Below, piece by piece: positions 13,050 through 26,908 of a stretch of DNA of 64,000 nucleotides. The position numbers and the translations under genes are program-made. Numbering within the stretch: the stretch's first letter is position 1; the number at the start of each line of letters is the position of its first letter. The notes under the pieces were generated by a model that saw nothing but the letters and a program-made list of their open reading frames with translations, was not told the origin of the DNA and searched no databases. Origin of the DNA: Welwitschia mirabilis. Its lineage: Eukaryota. Location of the stretch: positions 23,977,364 through 24,041,363 of the forward strand of contig JBOZIK010000001.1 of the NCBI GenBank assembly GCA_051453625.1, read 5' to 3'.

Positions 13050-15096
13050 CTTCTACTCATCCTGTTCCTTGGTATGCTGATATTGTGAACTACCTTATGA
13101 TTATGAAAACTCCTTAGCATTAGAACCATAACCAACGTAAAACTTTTCTCCATGGAATTAGTGACTATGAGTGGAATGAACCCCATCTCTATAGACATTG
13201 CAAAGATCAAATCATATGTAAGTATGTACCTGAGTGAGAAAGCTTAGAAATCCTAAAACTTTACCATATGTCTTGACTCTTTTATGCTCATGATGAAGTT
13301 CCCATAACTCTTTGCGATTAAATAACTTTATGTTATTTCTTCTACTCATCCTGCTCCTTGGTATTCTAATATTGTGAACTACCTTATGAATATGAAAACT
13401 CCTTAGCAGTGGAACCATAACCAATATAAAAATTTTCTCCATGAAATTAGTAACTATAAGTGGAATAAAGCCCCTCTCTATAGATGTTGAAAAGATCAAA
13501 TCATGTGTAAGTATGTACCTAAGTGGGAAAGATTAGAAATCCTGGAACTTTGCCATGGTGGGATATGTGGAGGATACTTTAGTGGCCAAAAAAACTATCA
13601 TGAAAATTATTCACTTTGGTTTTTATTGACCTAGTCTTTTTAAGGATTCATATGACTTTGCTAAAAGGTGTGATGCATATCAATGTTATGATATCCTAAC
13701 TCATTCTTATGATATGCTCCTTAAACCTATACTTAAATGTGAACCTTCTGATTATTAGGGAATTGACTTCATAAGCCCTATTACACCATCTTCTCATGAT
13801 AAAAATTATATCTTTGTCACTATTTATTATGTTACTAAGTAGGTAGAAACTATTCCTACTACTAAAAATGATGCTTGAACCATCTGCAAATTTATTTGAA
13901 CTTATATCTTTTAATGTTTTGATTTTACATGAATTATCATTAATGATCAGGGAACTCATTTTATTAACCACATTTTTGGAAAACTTCTTTTATCCATTGG
14001 TGTTAAGCATAGAATTGCATGTGCCTCTGAAAACACAAATTAAGAAATTAAAAATATGCTTCAAAAATTAGTCTCTATTAATAAGAAAACATTATCCTCT
14101 AAGCTTAATNNNNNNNNNNNNNNNNNNNNNNNNNNNNNNNNNNNNNNNNNNNNNNNNNNNNNNNNNNNNNNNNNNNNNNNNNNNNNNNNNNNNNNNNNNN
14201 NNNNNNNNNAAAATTATATTTTTATCATTGTTGATTATGTTACTAAATGGGTAGAAGCTATTCCTACTACTAAAAATGATGCTCGAACTATTTGCAACTT
14301 TGTTCAAACTCATATCTTTCAATGTTTTGGTTTTCCATGAATTATTATTTATGATCAGGGAACTTATTTCATTAATCACATTTTTCAAAAACTTCTTTTA
14401 TTTATTAGTGTTGAACATAGAATTGCTTGTACCTATCATTCTCAAACTAATGGCCAAGCTAAAAATACAAATAGAGAAATAAAAAATATTCCTTAAAAAT
14501 TAGTCTTTGATAATAGAGAAACTTGGTCCTTTAAACTTAATAATGTTCTTTGGGCTTACTGTACTACTTGGCATGACTTTCTAGATTTCTCACCATATGA
14601 ACTTGAGTATAAAAAAGTTTGTATTTTACTAGTTGATGTTTACTTCAATTCTTATTAATCCATCCATTAACTTAACCTTATAAACTTGAATGACAACCTT
14701 AAAATTTGATTAGCATAACTTAACCATTTAGATGAAAAACATACTCATGACTTACATCATTAACTTATTCATAAAGCTCAAGTCAAGATTAGACATAATA
14801 AAAAGATCATTCATAAATAGTTTGAACTTGATTAACTTGTCCTTATGTATAACACCTGAGTACACGTTTTGCACAACAAGTTAACGTCTAAATGGTTGAG
14901 TCCTTATCTTCTACAAAAACTATATGCAAATGGCTCAGTTAAAATCTCTTATCCAAACACTGGAGAGATTTAAAAAGTTAATAGACAGAGGTTAAAACTT
15001 TATGATTCATCTTCTAATAAAACCTTGAAGATGATAGAAGAACTTGTTTCAGAAGCTCCTCTTAATGAGGAGAACCTTCCTTTTATCATTATCTAA
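13050..15096 (+). pseudogene. Integrase (gypsy), disrupted and internally duplicated
   Basis: PWYADIVNYL, CHGGICGGYF...CDAYQ zinc-binding region, IVDYVTKWVEAIPT (ORF 14056..14340), AYRT-like motif, KLTSKWLSPY (GPY/F) at ~14880 and KVNRQRLKLY. Confidence 0.92.
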
Positions 15097-15479
15097 ATTC
15101 CTTCTTAACTCATTCCTTAGGTAAACATCACGATATCACTTGAATATTTTTAACTTGACATATGTATTTACTTATTAAGTTTTCATGATTAGTAATATTT
15201 TACATGGGCATTTAGATGATAAGATTGGCTTCATTCAATCTTCGGACATTGGTATGTCTATGAACTTCATTTTGAAGGAAGATGACTTGGCTCTTTTATT
15301 CTCTTTTAATGGTATAAGTAATTAGTTGTTTTTGCATGATCTTACTTTGTTATTCATCTCATTAATTCACTTTTATCCTNNNNNNNNNNNNNNNNNNNNN
15401 NNNNNNNNNNNNNNNNNNNNNNNNNNNNNNNNNNNNNNNNNNNNNNNNNNNNNNNNNNNNNNNNNNNNNNNNNNNNNNN

Positions 15480-16531
15480 TGATAAATTATTTTCATTTTT
15501 GCTTTAGCATGGATTCGTTAGAGATATATTGATAGAAATTTTTTTAGAAAACCATGAGAAATGAATTTATTTTAGTCCAAATTTATGTGGAACATATCAT
15601 TTTTAGATCAATAAATGACACATTATCAAATGATTTTGCAAAATTGATGAGCTTTGAGTTTGAAATGATCATGATAGGAAGAGTAAATATGTTCTTGGAT
15701 TTCAAATCCGATTATTGGAAAAGGGAATTTTCATAAATCAAAAGAAATATTCCTTAGACTTAATTAAGAAGTTCAAACTGAAAAATGTAAAGTCTCTAGA
15801 ATGCCCCATCGCTACTAATGTCAAACTTACTCTTGATGAGGATGACAAAGATGTTGATCTAAAACTATATTATAGCATTATTGGAAGTTTCGTATACTTA
15901 ATATATAGTCGACTTAGCATAGATTTAATATTGGACTATGCACTAGATATTAAGGAAATTCCAAGGAACCACATTTGATAGTAATAAAAAAGATACTCTC
16001 ATACATCAAATGTATAATTGATTTTGGTATATTGTATCCTTGTAATATCACTTTAAGTTTTATGGGATTTAGTGAAGCAGATTGGGTTGGCTACAAATAT
16101 GATCGCAAGAGCACAATTAGGGGATGTTTTTTCTTTGGAAACTATCTCATGATATGGTACAACAAAAGCAATGCTTCATCTTCTTATCAACTATAGAAGA
16201 TGAATATATTACTACTGGGACTTATTGCACTTAAACTATATGAATGAGAGACATAATTAAATACTATGGAGTAGAGATACTTGAAGTTCCTACACTATGT
16301 TATAACTTTAATAAAATTCAAATTTTTCATATTTCTATTCAACATACTTGCATTAAGCATAATGAACTTAGGTATTACTTTATTAGCGATTTAATAGAGA
16401 ATAAGTTTATATCATTATAATATGTTTTCACTCAAGATTAATTAGCTAATATGTTTATAAATCCTTTATCATTTTATCATTTTATAAAATTACAATACTA
16501 TTTGGGAGTACTTTTAGAAAAAATATCTTAA
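15480..16531 (+). pseudogene. Ty1/copia RT C-terminus and RNase H, disrupted
   Basis: ORFs 15554..16196 give LVQIYVEHIIF (YVDD box), GIFINQKKYSLDLIKKF, YYSIIGSFVYL and GFSEADWVG..DRKST. Further RNase H remnants (KHxELRYYFI, LANMFINPL) run to ~16530. Confidence 0.92.
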
Positions 16532-17039
16532 AGCCCCAACATTAGCTAAATAGTAAAGTTTAGATCCTAGTTTTTTTTTTTTTAGTGTTACATCTAAACA
16601 AACTCTGGTCAACCTCATGTTCCTAATTGATTAACCAACTTCTACTTACTTTTTTGTTTCATCTCTATCATATAGTTAGGTTGACTTCTCTTTTTCATCA
16701 AGTCAACTAGATTTGGTCTAGTTTTTTGGTTAAATCCTTTGTGTGATTTGGTTGATTATCCTTATTTTTGGATCAACCTTATGTAACCCATTATTCACTT
16801 TAGTCACCTTTTAAGCAATCACTTATATTTTTAAACATGATTGTTTATTCACCCATTAGGTTAACTATTCACCCATCATAGTTAACCATCTTTAAAGTGA
16901 TGCACTGCATATTTTTAAATTTGTTTAAGTGTCTTTTCTCATTTGTCTTTTTGTTTTTATGTTATTCTCTTTGCCTCTTCCTCCATTCAAACTCTTTAAC
17001 TCTCTCTATTTCTCTTCATCAAAAATCTTTCTCATCTAA

Positions 17040-17909
17040 CTTCATGGCATTCTAACACCAAATTAAATGTTTTAAGAAAAGAAGAAAGAAGTATATTCAA
17101 ACCCCCCAGCATTTGCTACAAATTCTATTCCTATTCTATGCAAATGCCAAGTTTGATGTTGCAAATTCCACTCTCTCCAGTTTTATATTTAACTAAGAGA
17201 TGAAAGTAACTACAGACTTGATCTCTTTTATTACTGATCTACCTTAGGAAAATCTAAGAAAATATTAACATCTTGCAGAGTGATTTGACAAAAATAAAGT
17301 AGTTACCTATCTTCTTTGTGGTATCTTCTTCACCTGGAAGAAGAACCTAAAATCTTCTCACCTTCTTTCTAAGTTTTGTCTTATGCATTTAATCCTTTCA
17401 TATAATGTTTTACTAGTATCTTATCATTATGATGAGTTGTCTAACTATCGTGTCTTACTACTTTACTCATTAAATCATAGAAAAGACAATGATGCTCCCA
17501 ACATTATGCTACATCACATGGTTCATTAGCTATATCCACACAAGAAGCATTCTCTTACTTATCCATTTCTTATCACTCACATTTGCCAATACTTTGGCAT
17601 CTTACATCTCTCTTGCGTCGAGGCTCTCAAATCTAGGGACTCCATTGATAAGGCCACTCTCTCTTGAATGCACCTATTGATGAGCCTACTCCTTCTTCCA
17701 AACCAAAAGTGAAAGCCTTTGATACTTCAAAGATTCTTCAACTTGTACACAAGCTACATTCATGGATGAGGCACATAAAGGAATCTCTATTTCCTAGTGG
17801 CACTCTAGTTGCAGAGACCTCTCAAAGTGGAGATGCATACTCTTTAGAAGATTTTTCTAAGTCTGACTACATTTTTATCTTTTTATCTTCCTTCTCTTCC
17901 TATCCTTGA
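17040..17909 (+). pseudogene. Sirevirus-type env-like/accessory ORF relic downstream of pol
   Basis: Lies after RNase H. Manual translation near 17380-17520 gives HLILSYNVLLVSYHYDELSNYRVLLLYSLNHRKDNDAPNIMLHHM. Purine tracts follow at ~18180 and ~18235. Confidence 0.55.
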
Positions 17910-18369
17910 TTTTTAAAAAAAGATGAATTCTTCATATGAATTTTTGTATGGACATTTTATATACATCTAGATATAACTATATCAATTGTTGTACCTATAG
18001 TCCATTTGTTATTTAAACTTATTTGTAACTCTAGTCTTAATAATATCAAAATATTGTTTTTATCAAAATATTTTTGTAATAAATTCAGTGCTCATTTCAT
18101 GCAAATTAACTAGATTTAATGGCTATCTTATGTTAAACATTTTTTATATATACTTTGTTCCCCCTCATTTGTAATAGATTAAGAGGAAGCTTTTATCTCT
18201 TATAATTCTTACTTAGTTTTTTATTCAATTAATGACCAAGAAGGAGTTTTTTGAAAAAAAAATTCTTTAGGATATTTTAATGTACTTTAGAATTTTTGGT
18301 ATTAACTTATTTCATAGATAGCTTCTCCTAAGTGTAGCTGAGTAAGATCTTGAGGGTAACTGAACTATC

Positions 18370-19234
18370 TCCAAAAAAAACTACAGTAAAAATAAGTAAT
18401 CAAATCTTCTCTAATGGAAACTAGATCAAATGTGAAACATTAGCTGAGTTATGAAAGGATGACTAAATCTATTTCTAGGAGTGACTGAGTTACATTCAAG
18501 AGTGTGCACCTAATGAGGGCAACTGAATTTTGTCATGTGAGCAATCTAGTTTAAATCATGATCTGCATCAATTAGGATGATTAGGGTTTATCATGAGGAC
18601 AATCAAAGTTAAATCTAATGTAACTAATGGGCGATGGAAGAAGTATTAAGATCAATCGATCTTACTTTTATTAGCTATTAGAGCTCATCATGCTTATTAA
18701 AGCATATCATGAAAAAAATATTTACACTAAATCTTTTAAATGATCATTTTAAATATTTTCTATTTAAAGGAATCTTTTAATAGATCTAACTACTGATCCA
18801 TCTTTAAAAAATTTACTATAATGAAAAGGACACCTTCTGAGATGTTTGTACTGTTATTCATCTACTACTATACTTTAGTGATCTATTTTGAGCATCTTGT
18901 CCCATCTAGGTATAGAGAGCTAATCATTAGACTATACTCTTAGAGTGTATCTATGCTATTATGCATATTGCAAACTCTCTTCCTTCTACTGGTTGTAGAT
19001 GACCCTTAAATTTATTGTTTATTATGAAAGGGTATTAGTAAGATTGAAAACTATTGGTTGAGGATAATATATTCCATCTATAAAAATAGTATCTAGAAGT
19101 TAAAAGGTGGTGAGTGCCATTACAAACCTGACCATTTTTATTGTGTTAGCTATTTTTGTAGGTTCAGTTAGTTTGATTTATTTGATCTTTAAATTTACCA
19201 TATTCACCCCTTTCTAGGGTTAATTCTATTACCA
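18370..19234 (+). repeat. 3' LTR of the Sirevirus-like copia element (5' boundary uncertain)
   Basis: Ends ...TATTCACCCCTTTCTAGGGTTAATTCTATTACCA, similar to the ATTCACCCCCC(T)CT motif near Sirevirus LTR 3' ends. It has repeated motifs and a TATA-like signal at ~18817. Confidence 0.55.
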
Positions 19235-19683
19235 ATTCCTATCCATGGAAAACTTCCTAGAGATTTTGTTCCCCATATGGATTTAAATCTAGTGGTTCAA
19301 AGAGAATAAGAGATTATGTTTTTAAACTAAGTGGAAAAGCTTAACCTTTCTAATGTAAAGTCTAGACTACAATAGCTAATTGTATTATAGGCTTCAGCAA
19401 GATCTAATTTGAGAATGCAAATTTCCTATTCCTTAACTTGATTCCATTGTAGGGCTTCATGACCTATAAAAATACTATTCAAATGCATCTCCCAGAAATC
19501 AATCCAAATTAATCTTCCTTAATGATTAAGCAAAGAAGGACCTAAAGACAATTGATAAAAATTTTAGAGATCATCTTGTAGAAGCTTGAGTACAAACTTA
19601 TGAGTCAACAACCTATTAGAAAATTCATCTAATCTAGTTTCAATATGAGAACTAGGGTTGTATCTTCCCATTTCTTAGGAAAG

Positions 19684-21338
19684 TATTGCAAGTCCAATTG
19701 CTAATATTTAACATCATGTTTAGAGTATTCTTTAGGCATATTAAATAGGTTTCTAATCCAAACAACAAGAATCTAAGGCTCAATCAAGATCATCATGTAG
19801 AACACCAAATTCAAAGATAATGAGCCCTTTCTAAACATATTTTACACTTGCTACCTTTTTCAAATCATTAGAAATCTAGTGCAAAATGATGAATGATGAT
19901 CAAGAGACTAGAAGATGAAGAAAAGTCTATCATTCACCTTGTAGTCTAGATGACACTCAAGAGACAACCAATAGGATCAACAAATAGAGAAAATAGGTTT
20001 TCACTGATAGTTATTCATCATGTCATCTAGATAATACTCTAGGTAATAATGACTACTAAATCATCTAAATAACATTTTAAAGATGTACCAAAAAGATGAT
20101 AGAGTCTACCATGAAATTGAACTCATTTAGAAGATATATGAATCTTTCAATCAATTTAGAATCCATGATCAAGTTAAGAAGAATATCAATCTTAATCAAT
20201 GTACTTGCAAAAAGATGAGGAAATATTAATTCTAGTATAAGAAAGCTTCATATGCCAAGGAGAAAGTCAATTAGGACATAAGAAAGTAGATAACACTGAA
20301 GATCATTTGTTGTCCACATCATCATCTAGACAAAAGACAAGATGACTAGCAGGATTATAAGAAATAAAACTTATAAATTGACATCTAATAGTCATCCACG
20401 TGATTGTTTGAATGACAACCAAGATAATACAAATGTATGAATATCAATTGTTATTAAGAAAACACATGGAGAATAAGAAGATGTTAGAAGAAATGATCAA
20501 TTGTCATCCACCATGTCATTCAAATGATTCCCAAGCCTCATCTATGCAACTCAACCATCATCAAGAAGGCATGTTAGAAGAAGAAAAAAACCATCATCCA
20601 CCCTTTCATCTAAAAAACACCCAAGTACATAATAGTTATAAAGAATACAAAATGAACGCCATCAATTATGTAATCATTAATATAATGGCCTCTAGTTTGT
20701 TACAACTCTTCATTACTTCTAATCATCATTCCACATCTATAAATACTACCGTTAGATTCCTTATTTTTCATCTTAAGTGCATTGGTTAGTCTTATGATAA
20801 TTAGAATATTAATCAAGTAAGGGATCCAATCTAATTATAGAGAAGGATATCTCTTAGTATCGGGTTATGTCTCCTTTATTAAGGATTTGTACATGGCTAT
20901 AGAAACACTATGATTAATAAATATTATTTTATTTCCTTTAAATATTCTATCTTATGATCTTCATATGTTATTTTATAACCAAGTTAATTATATAAGATTA
21001 ATTTTGGTTTCTAATATAGTCTACGAGGGCCAACTTGGGTGACAACAAGTTGGTACACTTGATTAAGATTTGCATTTAGGTTTCATCCATCTCTGCATTT
21101 TGGATTCATCATTTACATCACCACATTTTCATTAATTTATCGTTCTAAAACTTAGGATATAAGTCATTTGCAATAATCTTTTGTCTTTCTCTTTATAATT
21201 CCTTTCTAGAGTATGACATTAGATTAACTTCCATATTCTAGTGTGTTTTGTGTGAATTTCATTAAGATTTGTAGGTATCAAAGATTGAAGATTCATTGAA
21301 AGAAAGTAATAAATTATCACACAATATGCACTCTAATA
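19684..21338 (+). repeat. 5' LTR (~1.65 kb)
   Basis: Colinear with 26909-28691 along its whole length. Starts TATTGCAAGTCC vs TGTTATGAGTCT. TATA CTATAAATAC at ~20737. Confidence 0.9.
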
Positions 21339-24300
21339 AGTTAGCAGAGTTATCGAAGAGGAGTTTAAGGAATTTTCACTATTTAAGTAAGCAAATTGAT
21401 TTTAATATGTTTACTTATGTAGTGTGTATATACAATTTTTCTTCTTCTTAGTTTAGCTTGCACTTTTTATTTTCTTATCTTAGTTTGAATTTTTAGTTTT
21501 TCTGGCTTTACTTTTATTTTGATTTTTTGTGAATTTTTTATTCCCAAGTTATTGTTAGTTTTGTGTATAAACTATAATATTATTACTCAAGGCCTACTCT
21601 TTGTATCTAATTTGATCTTGGAGATTACCATCTAAAAATTACATTGATTTCATGCTTTTGATATTAATAAATTCTTAGAAATATTGATCTAATCCTTGTT
21701 CTTTGAGAGATTGTAGTGATTATATTTCTTACCATTCAAATTAATTCTTCTTATTCCATCCTTCTCATCTATTTCTATGGATAATGATAAAAGAACATTA
21801 TGAGAAATATTTGTAGAAAGAGAGTGATTAGTAAAAAATGATGTTGAAACTACGAATTGACCCCCTTTATCTTTTTAACCTTTCTATTTTCCCCTCCTTT
21901 TTTAGGTTCTTAAATAAGCATTCTACAATTGTTTTGGAAAACCCCGACAATCTTCCATGAATAACTATGAAGAAGATTTAGATTCCCTATACCAATCTTT
22001 TCATCAATGTATAAACCAAAGTGAAAAGCTCAATAAGAATATGGAGAGATTAGTGGAAGTTACTACATAAATATATGAGAAAAAGTAAGATTCTCAAACC
22101 TATCCTACTCTTTTTACTACATCCCACCTTGAGAAGGAAGAGAAGAATTTAGAAACAAGTAGCAACAATTCTTGATTTAAAATAGGAATCAAGATTTTGA
22201 ATCAATTTCGAATATCCCACTTATAAAAGATATCTAATATGATGACAATGATATTTTAACTCATACGTCAAGCAACAAGGATGAGAATGACTATTTATTA
22301 GATGATGATATTGAGATACTATATTGTATTCACAATATCCACCTATTATTGGAAAATTCATATGAAATAGAGGAATCAATTCATGTGAAGATAATGATCA
22401 CATTTCTCTTTATGAGCTTTTTGAAGAATCTCATAACTTGGATACTAAGGATATGCAAAAATCTAATTATGCAAATGATAAAGAAAAGGATAAGAAGAAA
22501 GAAGTTTTAGGGATCTAATAAAACCTAATAAAGGATAGACTTCTTACATATCATTAAGTAATTAGCTTAAAGAGTCTAATAATCTTATTTAAAATTTTCC
22601 TTCATTTCTTCCACTTATGACTTTACATGAAAATGAAAATACTATTTTTCTTCTAAATCCAATTTCACGTTATCTCCTACTTCTGAAAAAAATGATTTGG
22701 GATTTCTTGGAGTTTTAAGTTGGGGAAAGCCTTACCTTCTTGATGAAAATCCATATCTTAAGTTGGATGTTAAGAAGCTTCTTAATCTTACTAGACATGT
22801 TCTAATCAATCATTATAAGAATCCTTCAAAAATTTCTTGGATCCATTATTTGAGTAGTGTCCTTGATGAATTATGGAATGATAACCATGCCTTATATCAA
22901 TTCAATAAGAGATTTTTCTTTTAATTGAATTTATGAATTCTTCATCTCTTATTTAGCTTGTGAACATTGTGTTATTAAGCCATTATCCATTTATTTGTTT
23001 TCCACTAATTGATTTTAATCAAAAATAATCATATACATCTCATGTTTTATTAATTGATTTCTATTTGATTTAGTCCTTTTTTTTTTGAAAAGGTATGATG
23101 CAATAACTATGTTTAAAAATATATCTTTCTAGTAATAGGAATAAATGCAAAGCAAAGAAACTACATTCTACGTATAACAATTGATTTAGCAGAGCCTTTT
23201 CCTTTGAAGAAATATCCACCAATTACCCTTATGTAAATGTAATTTTTCAGATACTTTCTCTTTTCTAACATTTACTAACTTGATTTTACTTCAGTTGTTC
23301 ATCATGTAGTATGTTTAAGAAGTTCAATCTTTTGTAAATTATGGATTGTTAGTTGGATTTCAGACAACTGAAATGTATTCAAATGCCTATGAACTCTTAT
23401 TCTAAGAGAAAAAAATGAACTTAATTAAGTTGTTCATGTTGTATGCTTTATTTCTTCATCAACTTCATTTTGTAAGGCTACAAGTTATTAGTATATCCAT
23501 GAAAAAGAAATAGAAAAAGAAAAATAGAAATAATTTTCAAAAGAAAAATTAAATAGGAATTTATATTATGAAATAACTTTTAATAATCACNNNNNNNNNN
23601 NNNNNNNNNNNNNNNNNNNNNNNNNNNNNNNNNNNNNNNNNNNNNNNNNNNNNNNNNNNNNNNNNNNNNNNNNNNNNNNNNNNNNNNNNNAAGAAAAATT
23701 AAATAGGAATTTATATTATGAAATAACTTTTAATAATCACTCCTAATCTATCTCAGTGATTATCGCACCGAGGGTAAAATTGCTTAATGGTCCATGTCCT
23801 ATTTGATAGGTCCTACTACTTATGATAAAAACAAGATTACTGGTTTAGAAATGAGCACACCATAATGGAAGAAATCTAGGATAAAAGGAGGAACACATTG
23901 AAGTGTACCATGGTTATCACATTGTGNNNNNNNNNNNNNNNNNNNNNNNNNNNNNNNNNNNNNNNNNNNNNNNNNNNNNNNNNNNNNNNNNNNNNNNNNN
24001 NNNNNNNNNNNNNNNNNNNNNNNNNNATGTCCTATTTGATAGGTCCTACTACTTATGATAAAAACAAGATTACTGGTTTAGAAAGGAGCACTCCATAATG
24101 GAAGAAATCTAGGATAAAAGGAGGAACACATTGAAGTGTACCATGGTTATCACATTGTGAAGTGTTATTAATTTGAAACTTCTTTTTAAGTTGGTGGTTC
24201 AAACTATAGCTATGATATGTTAATTTCAATTAGTACATTGTCATTTTCATTCATGCTATTCAAATATAACTATGATTTTTTACTAATCTAGGAATCATGC

Positions 24301-25752
24301 ATCTTTAATTAGTAATGAGAAATTATTGGTAAGTGATCAACTTCAAGTAGAGTATGTTCAAATGTAATGTGTTTGTTTTGATTCATTAAGCTAGATAATT
24401 TCAAATTTATTAACTATACTTTTTCTATTTATCATAAGACCAAAACCTTAGAGAAATAAATTTGATATTTTAAAAAAAGAAAAAATATTTTCATTTCTCT
24501 TTCTTTCAAATAAAGTAGTTCCACATTTGTTTTCGTGATGCTTCAACTTACTATCTTTTCTTGCTTCTTTCATGTTTGTGTCTTTCCTTCTTAGCTTTCG
24601 CTTTTTACATCCCTTGAAACTTTTAGCTTATTTCTTCTGATCATCATAAGTAAAATTACTTAAAATTTGGAATGAATTTATCTACTTCATGGGGGTGGCA
24701 TCTTTGGAATCCTCAAAAGATATGTTCTTCATAGAACTTAAACTATAAACTCTAAATTTAATTTTAAGTTCCAAACTGTCAAAGGTAACATCTGCATTAT
24801 TGTCTGGATGACTATGCAAATGATACTATTCATCCTTGCCTCTTGAAATTTATTTATTTCATACTTTTCCATTTTCCATTTTCAAAAAAACTATTATTGA
24901 TTGTCGTCCATACTATCATCCCCAAGATAATACCAAGAATGATAGTTTTTTCCCCTTCTTGGACATCCTCCTCCTTAATCTTTTGTAACTCAACTTCCAC
25001 CATATGAAATTGACCAAGTCATAAACAATTTTACATGAAAATCTTAAAAACGATGTTGTCCATATGTAAACTTTATAACAAAAAGAAAAAAAATCTTCAA
25101 AAGAATTTCATCCTTAGTATCATTCAAATGACAAGAAAGACAACATTCATCTTTCTCTGATATTCATTCCAAGGCTAGCATCCCGATGACATGGTGAAAA
25201 ATAGCTAAATTAGCATATCTTTCAACCCTTATTTCATCAAATTTTCTTCATTTTTTCACCATTTTCCTCTATTCTTGAGCCAGGAGAATTGTGCCTTTGC
25301 ATCCTCTAGCATTTAAAAACTTCATTTTATTAGATCTATCCTTTAAATGTTAGATTCAAGTAATTTTTCTACAAATGAGGTTGCATACTAAAGCTCAATC
25401 TAGATAGGTAGAGGTAGAGGTAGATGCCTCTTCTTAGACTACCTTAGGATCTATCATATTCTTAATAGTCAATAGATTTGAGCCAGTTCATCCTCCTTCT
25501 TGTTTTACCATATCATAGTTTATTTAAATAAGATCTATTAAGGTATAGAGGAACTTTGAGGATTTCATGAGGTGATTGGATCCCAAGATAGATGACAAAC
25601 TAAAAAAGCTATAGTTGAGATGGAACCTAGATGCATGAGGAACTTACTCCATGCATATTAAGGTATGACTAAATGTGGATGATTATATGGTAGACATGAT
25701 TATAGCTATGATAAATGGCCATTAGGTGTTAATTCTTCTATGACATATTTCT

Positions 25753-26022
25753 ATGATGATAGGACTAGATGAATTAAATAGCATGCATATACATTCAGTA
25801 GGTGGTAAAAAAGATAGATGTGCTTATAGCATGATGTTGCATATTCCACCAAATGTGGCAGGAAATAGGAGACGAGTACTTATCACACATCTCTTTCTAG
25901 CTTACAAAGTTCTACATAGAGGATTGATTCATAACATTAATTCCTCCTTCAATAACAGTTACTATATGATGGCACATCTACAAATACTAGTAGTATTTCA
26001 TCAGTGGGAGAGATGGACTTGA
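25753..26022 (+). pseudogene. Relic of an Athila-type accessory (env-like/ORF2) protein
   Basis: The ORF reads CAYSMMLHIPPNVAGNRRRVLITHLFLAYKVL...FNNSYYMMAHL, matching the I.P..G....V....LFL.Y....(I)N..Y.M..HL pattern of plant retroelement accessory ORFs. It lies just upstream of the PPT region. Confidence 0.5.
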
Positions 26023-26908
26023 CTTCCTTCATATGAAGGAGGTTAAGAGCTATGTTGAAGGCATACCACATTTAGACAATTGATTTTCCATGTTTACTCA
26101 CAGCCATATTTAGATGTTTTTGTATTCCAGAGCTAGTAAGTGAATAGCAAATGTTTCATTTATAGATCTTTATCCACTACATGCAAAACATGGGCATATA
26201 AATTTCCAAGGATCCTGACAGAAAGTAGTAATAGGCTCCTAAGAGAGAAGCAGTTGTAATTGGTTATATATAGGATTTAATGACATGTGCAGTTTAGAAT
26301 ATACACAAGATAATGGATTATGTCTTTACTGAGATCAAGTAAAGGATGACTTCCATGAAGCATTAAATGGCTAATATAAGAGAGCAGATATTAGCTCTAG
26401 GGAGTTGTATCAGATAGATAGAACAAGGCATCACTGTAGATATTCTAAAGGTAGTAAAAGTTTAGGGTGAGGAGGTTACACATTTAATATAGATAGTTAT
26501 GAGTACCCATTTTTCACTAGAGGAAGAATGCCCTCCATTTCCACCTACTTCAAGTACCAAAGTAAAGTTTATCATAGCCCATCAAGAAGAATGATATTAT
26601 GTATTTTAGATATTTATTCACTAGGAAAGAATTAATTTTCAAGTAAACAATATAAATAAGTCACATAAATTAGTTTTTGAGATTGTTATCCCCTATTTTG
26701 TTTGAGCAACATATTGGATGACACATCATTTTTCTTAGTTTTCATAAGGAAATGTTATATTAAGTTCAGAATGACCAAAAACCTATATGGCAAGACTTAT
26801 AAATTTTATTTATGCATTTAAATAATTAATTATCCTTATTAATTTGATTCATAACCTATATTATTCGCTTTCTCTATCAAGGAATGACAAATAATTAGTG
26901 GGGGCCTA

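Larger units (their letters stand above)
7136..15379 (+). mobile_element. Athila-like Ty3/gypsy LTR retrotransposon (5' LTR, PBS, gag-AP-RT-RNaseH-INT), 3' end lost at N-gap
   Basis: LTR plus PBS, followed by domains in gypsy order (RT-RH-INT). All reading frames are disrupted. Confidence 0.93.

Noticed and set aside
12172..14388. Cluster of minus-strand ORFs
   Set aside because: They are antisense shadows of the plus-strand pol relic, and their similarity to each other reflects the duplications.
19235..19683. Possible minus-strand gag relic (GRYNPSSHI...IDFWE) continuing at 28692-29500, i.e. the host of the 19684-28691 insertion
   Set aside because: The motif match is too weak to support by eye and needs a frameshift-aware HMM search.
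20412..20789. 125-aa ORF with internal repeats
   Set aside because: It lies inside an LTR and is not open in the sister LTR. The repeats come from the DNA motif array.
23541..24160. Direct repeats of ~50 bp and ~130 bp flanking the 100-N gaps 23591-23690 and 23927-24026
   Set aside because: They are near-identical and abut placeholder gaps exactly, which is typical of unmerged contig overlaps. They are not a CRISPR or a biological repeat.
25406..25426. (GGTAGA)n short repeat
   Set aside because: A trivial microsatellite, probably Gly/Arg codons in the accessory ORF region.
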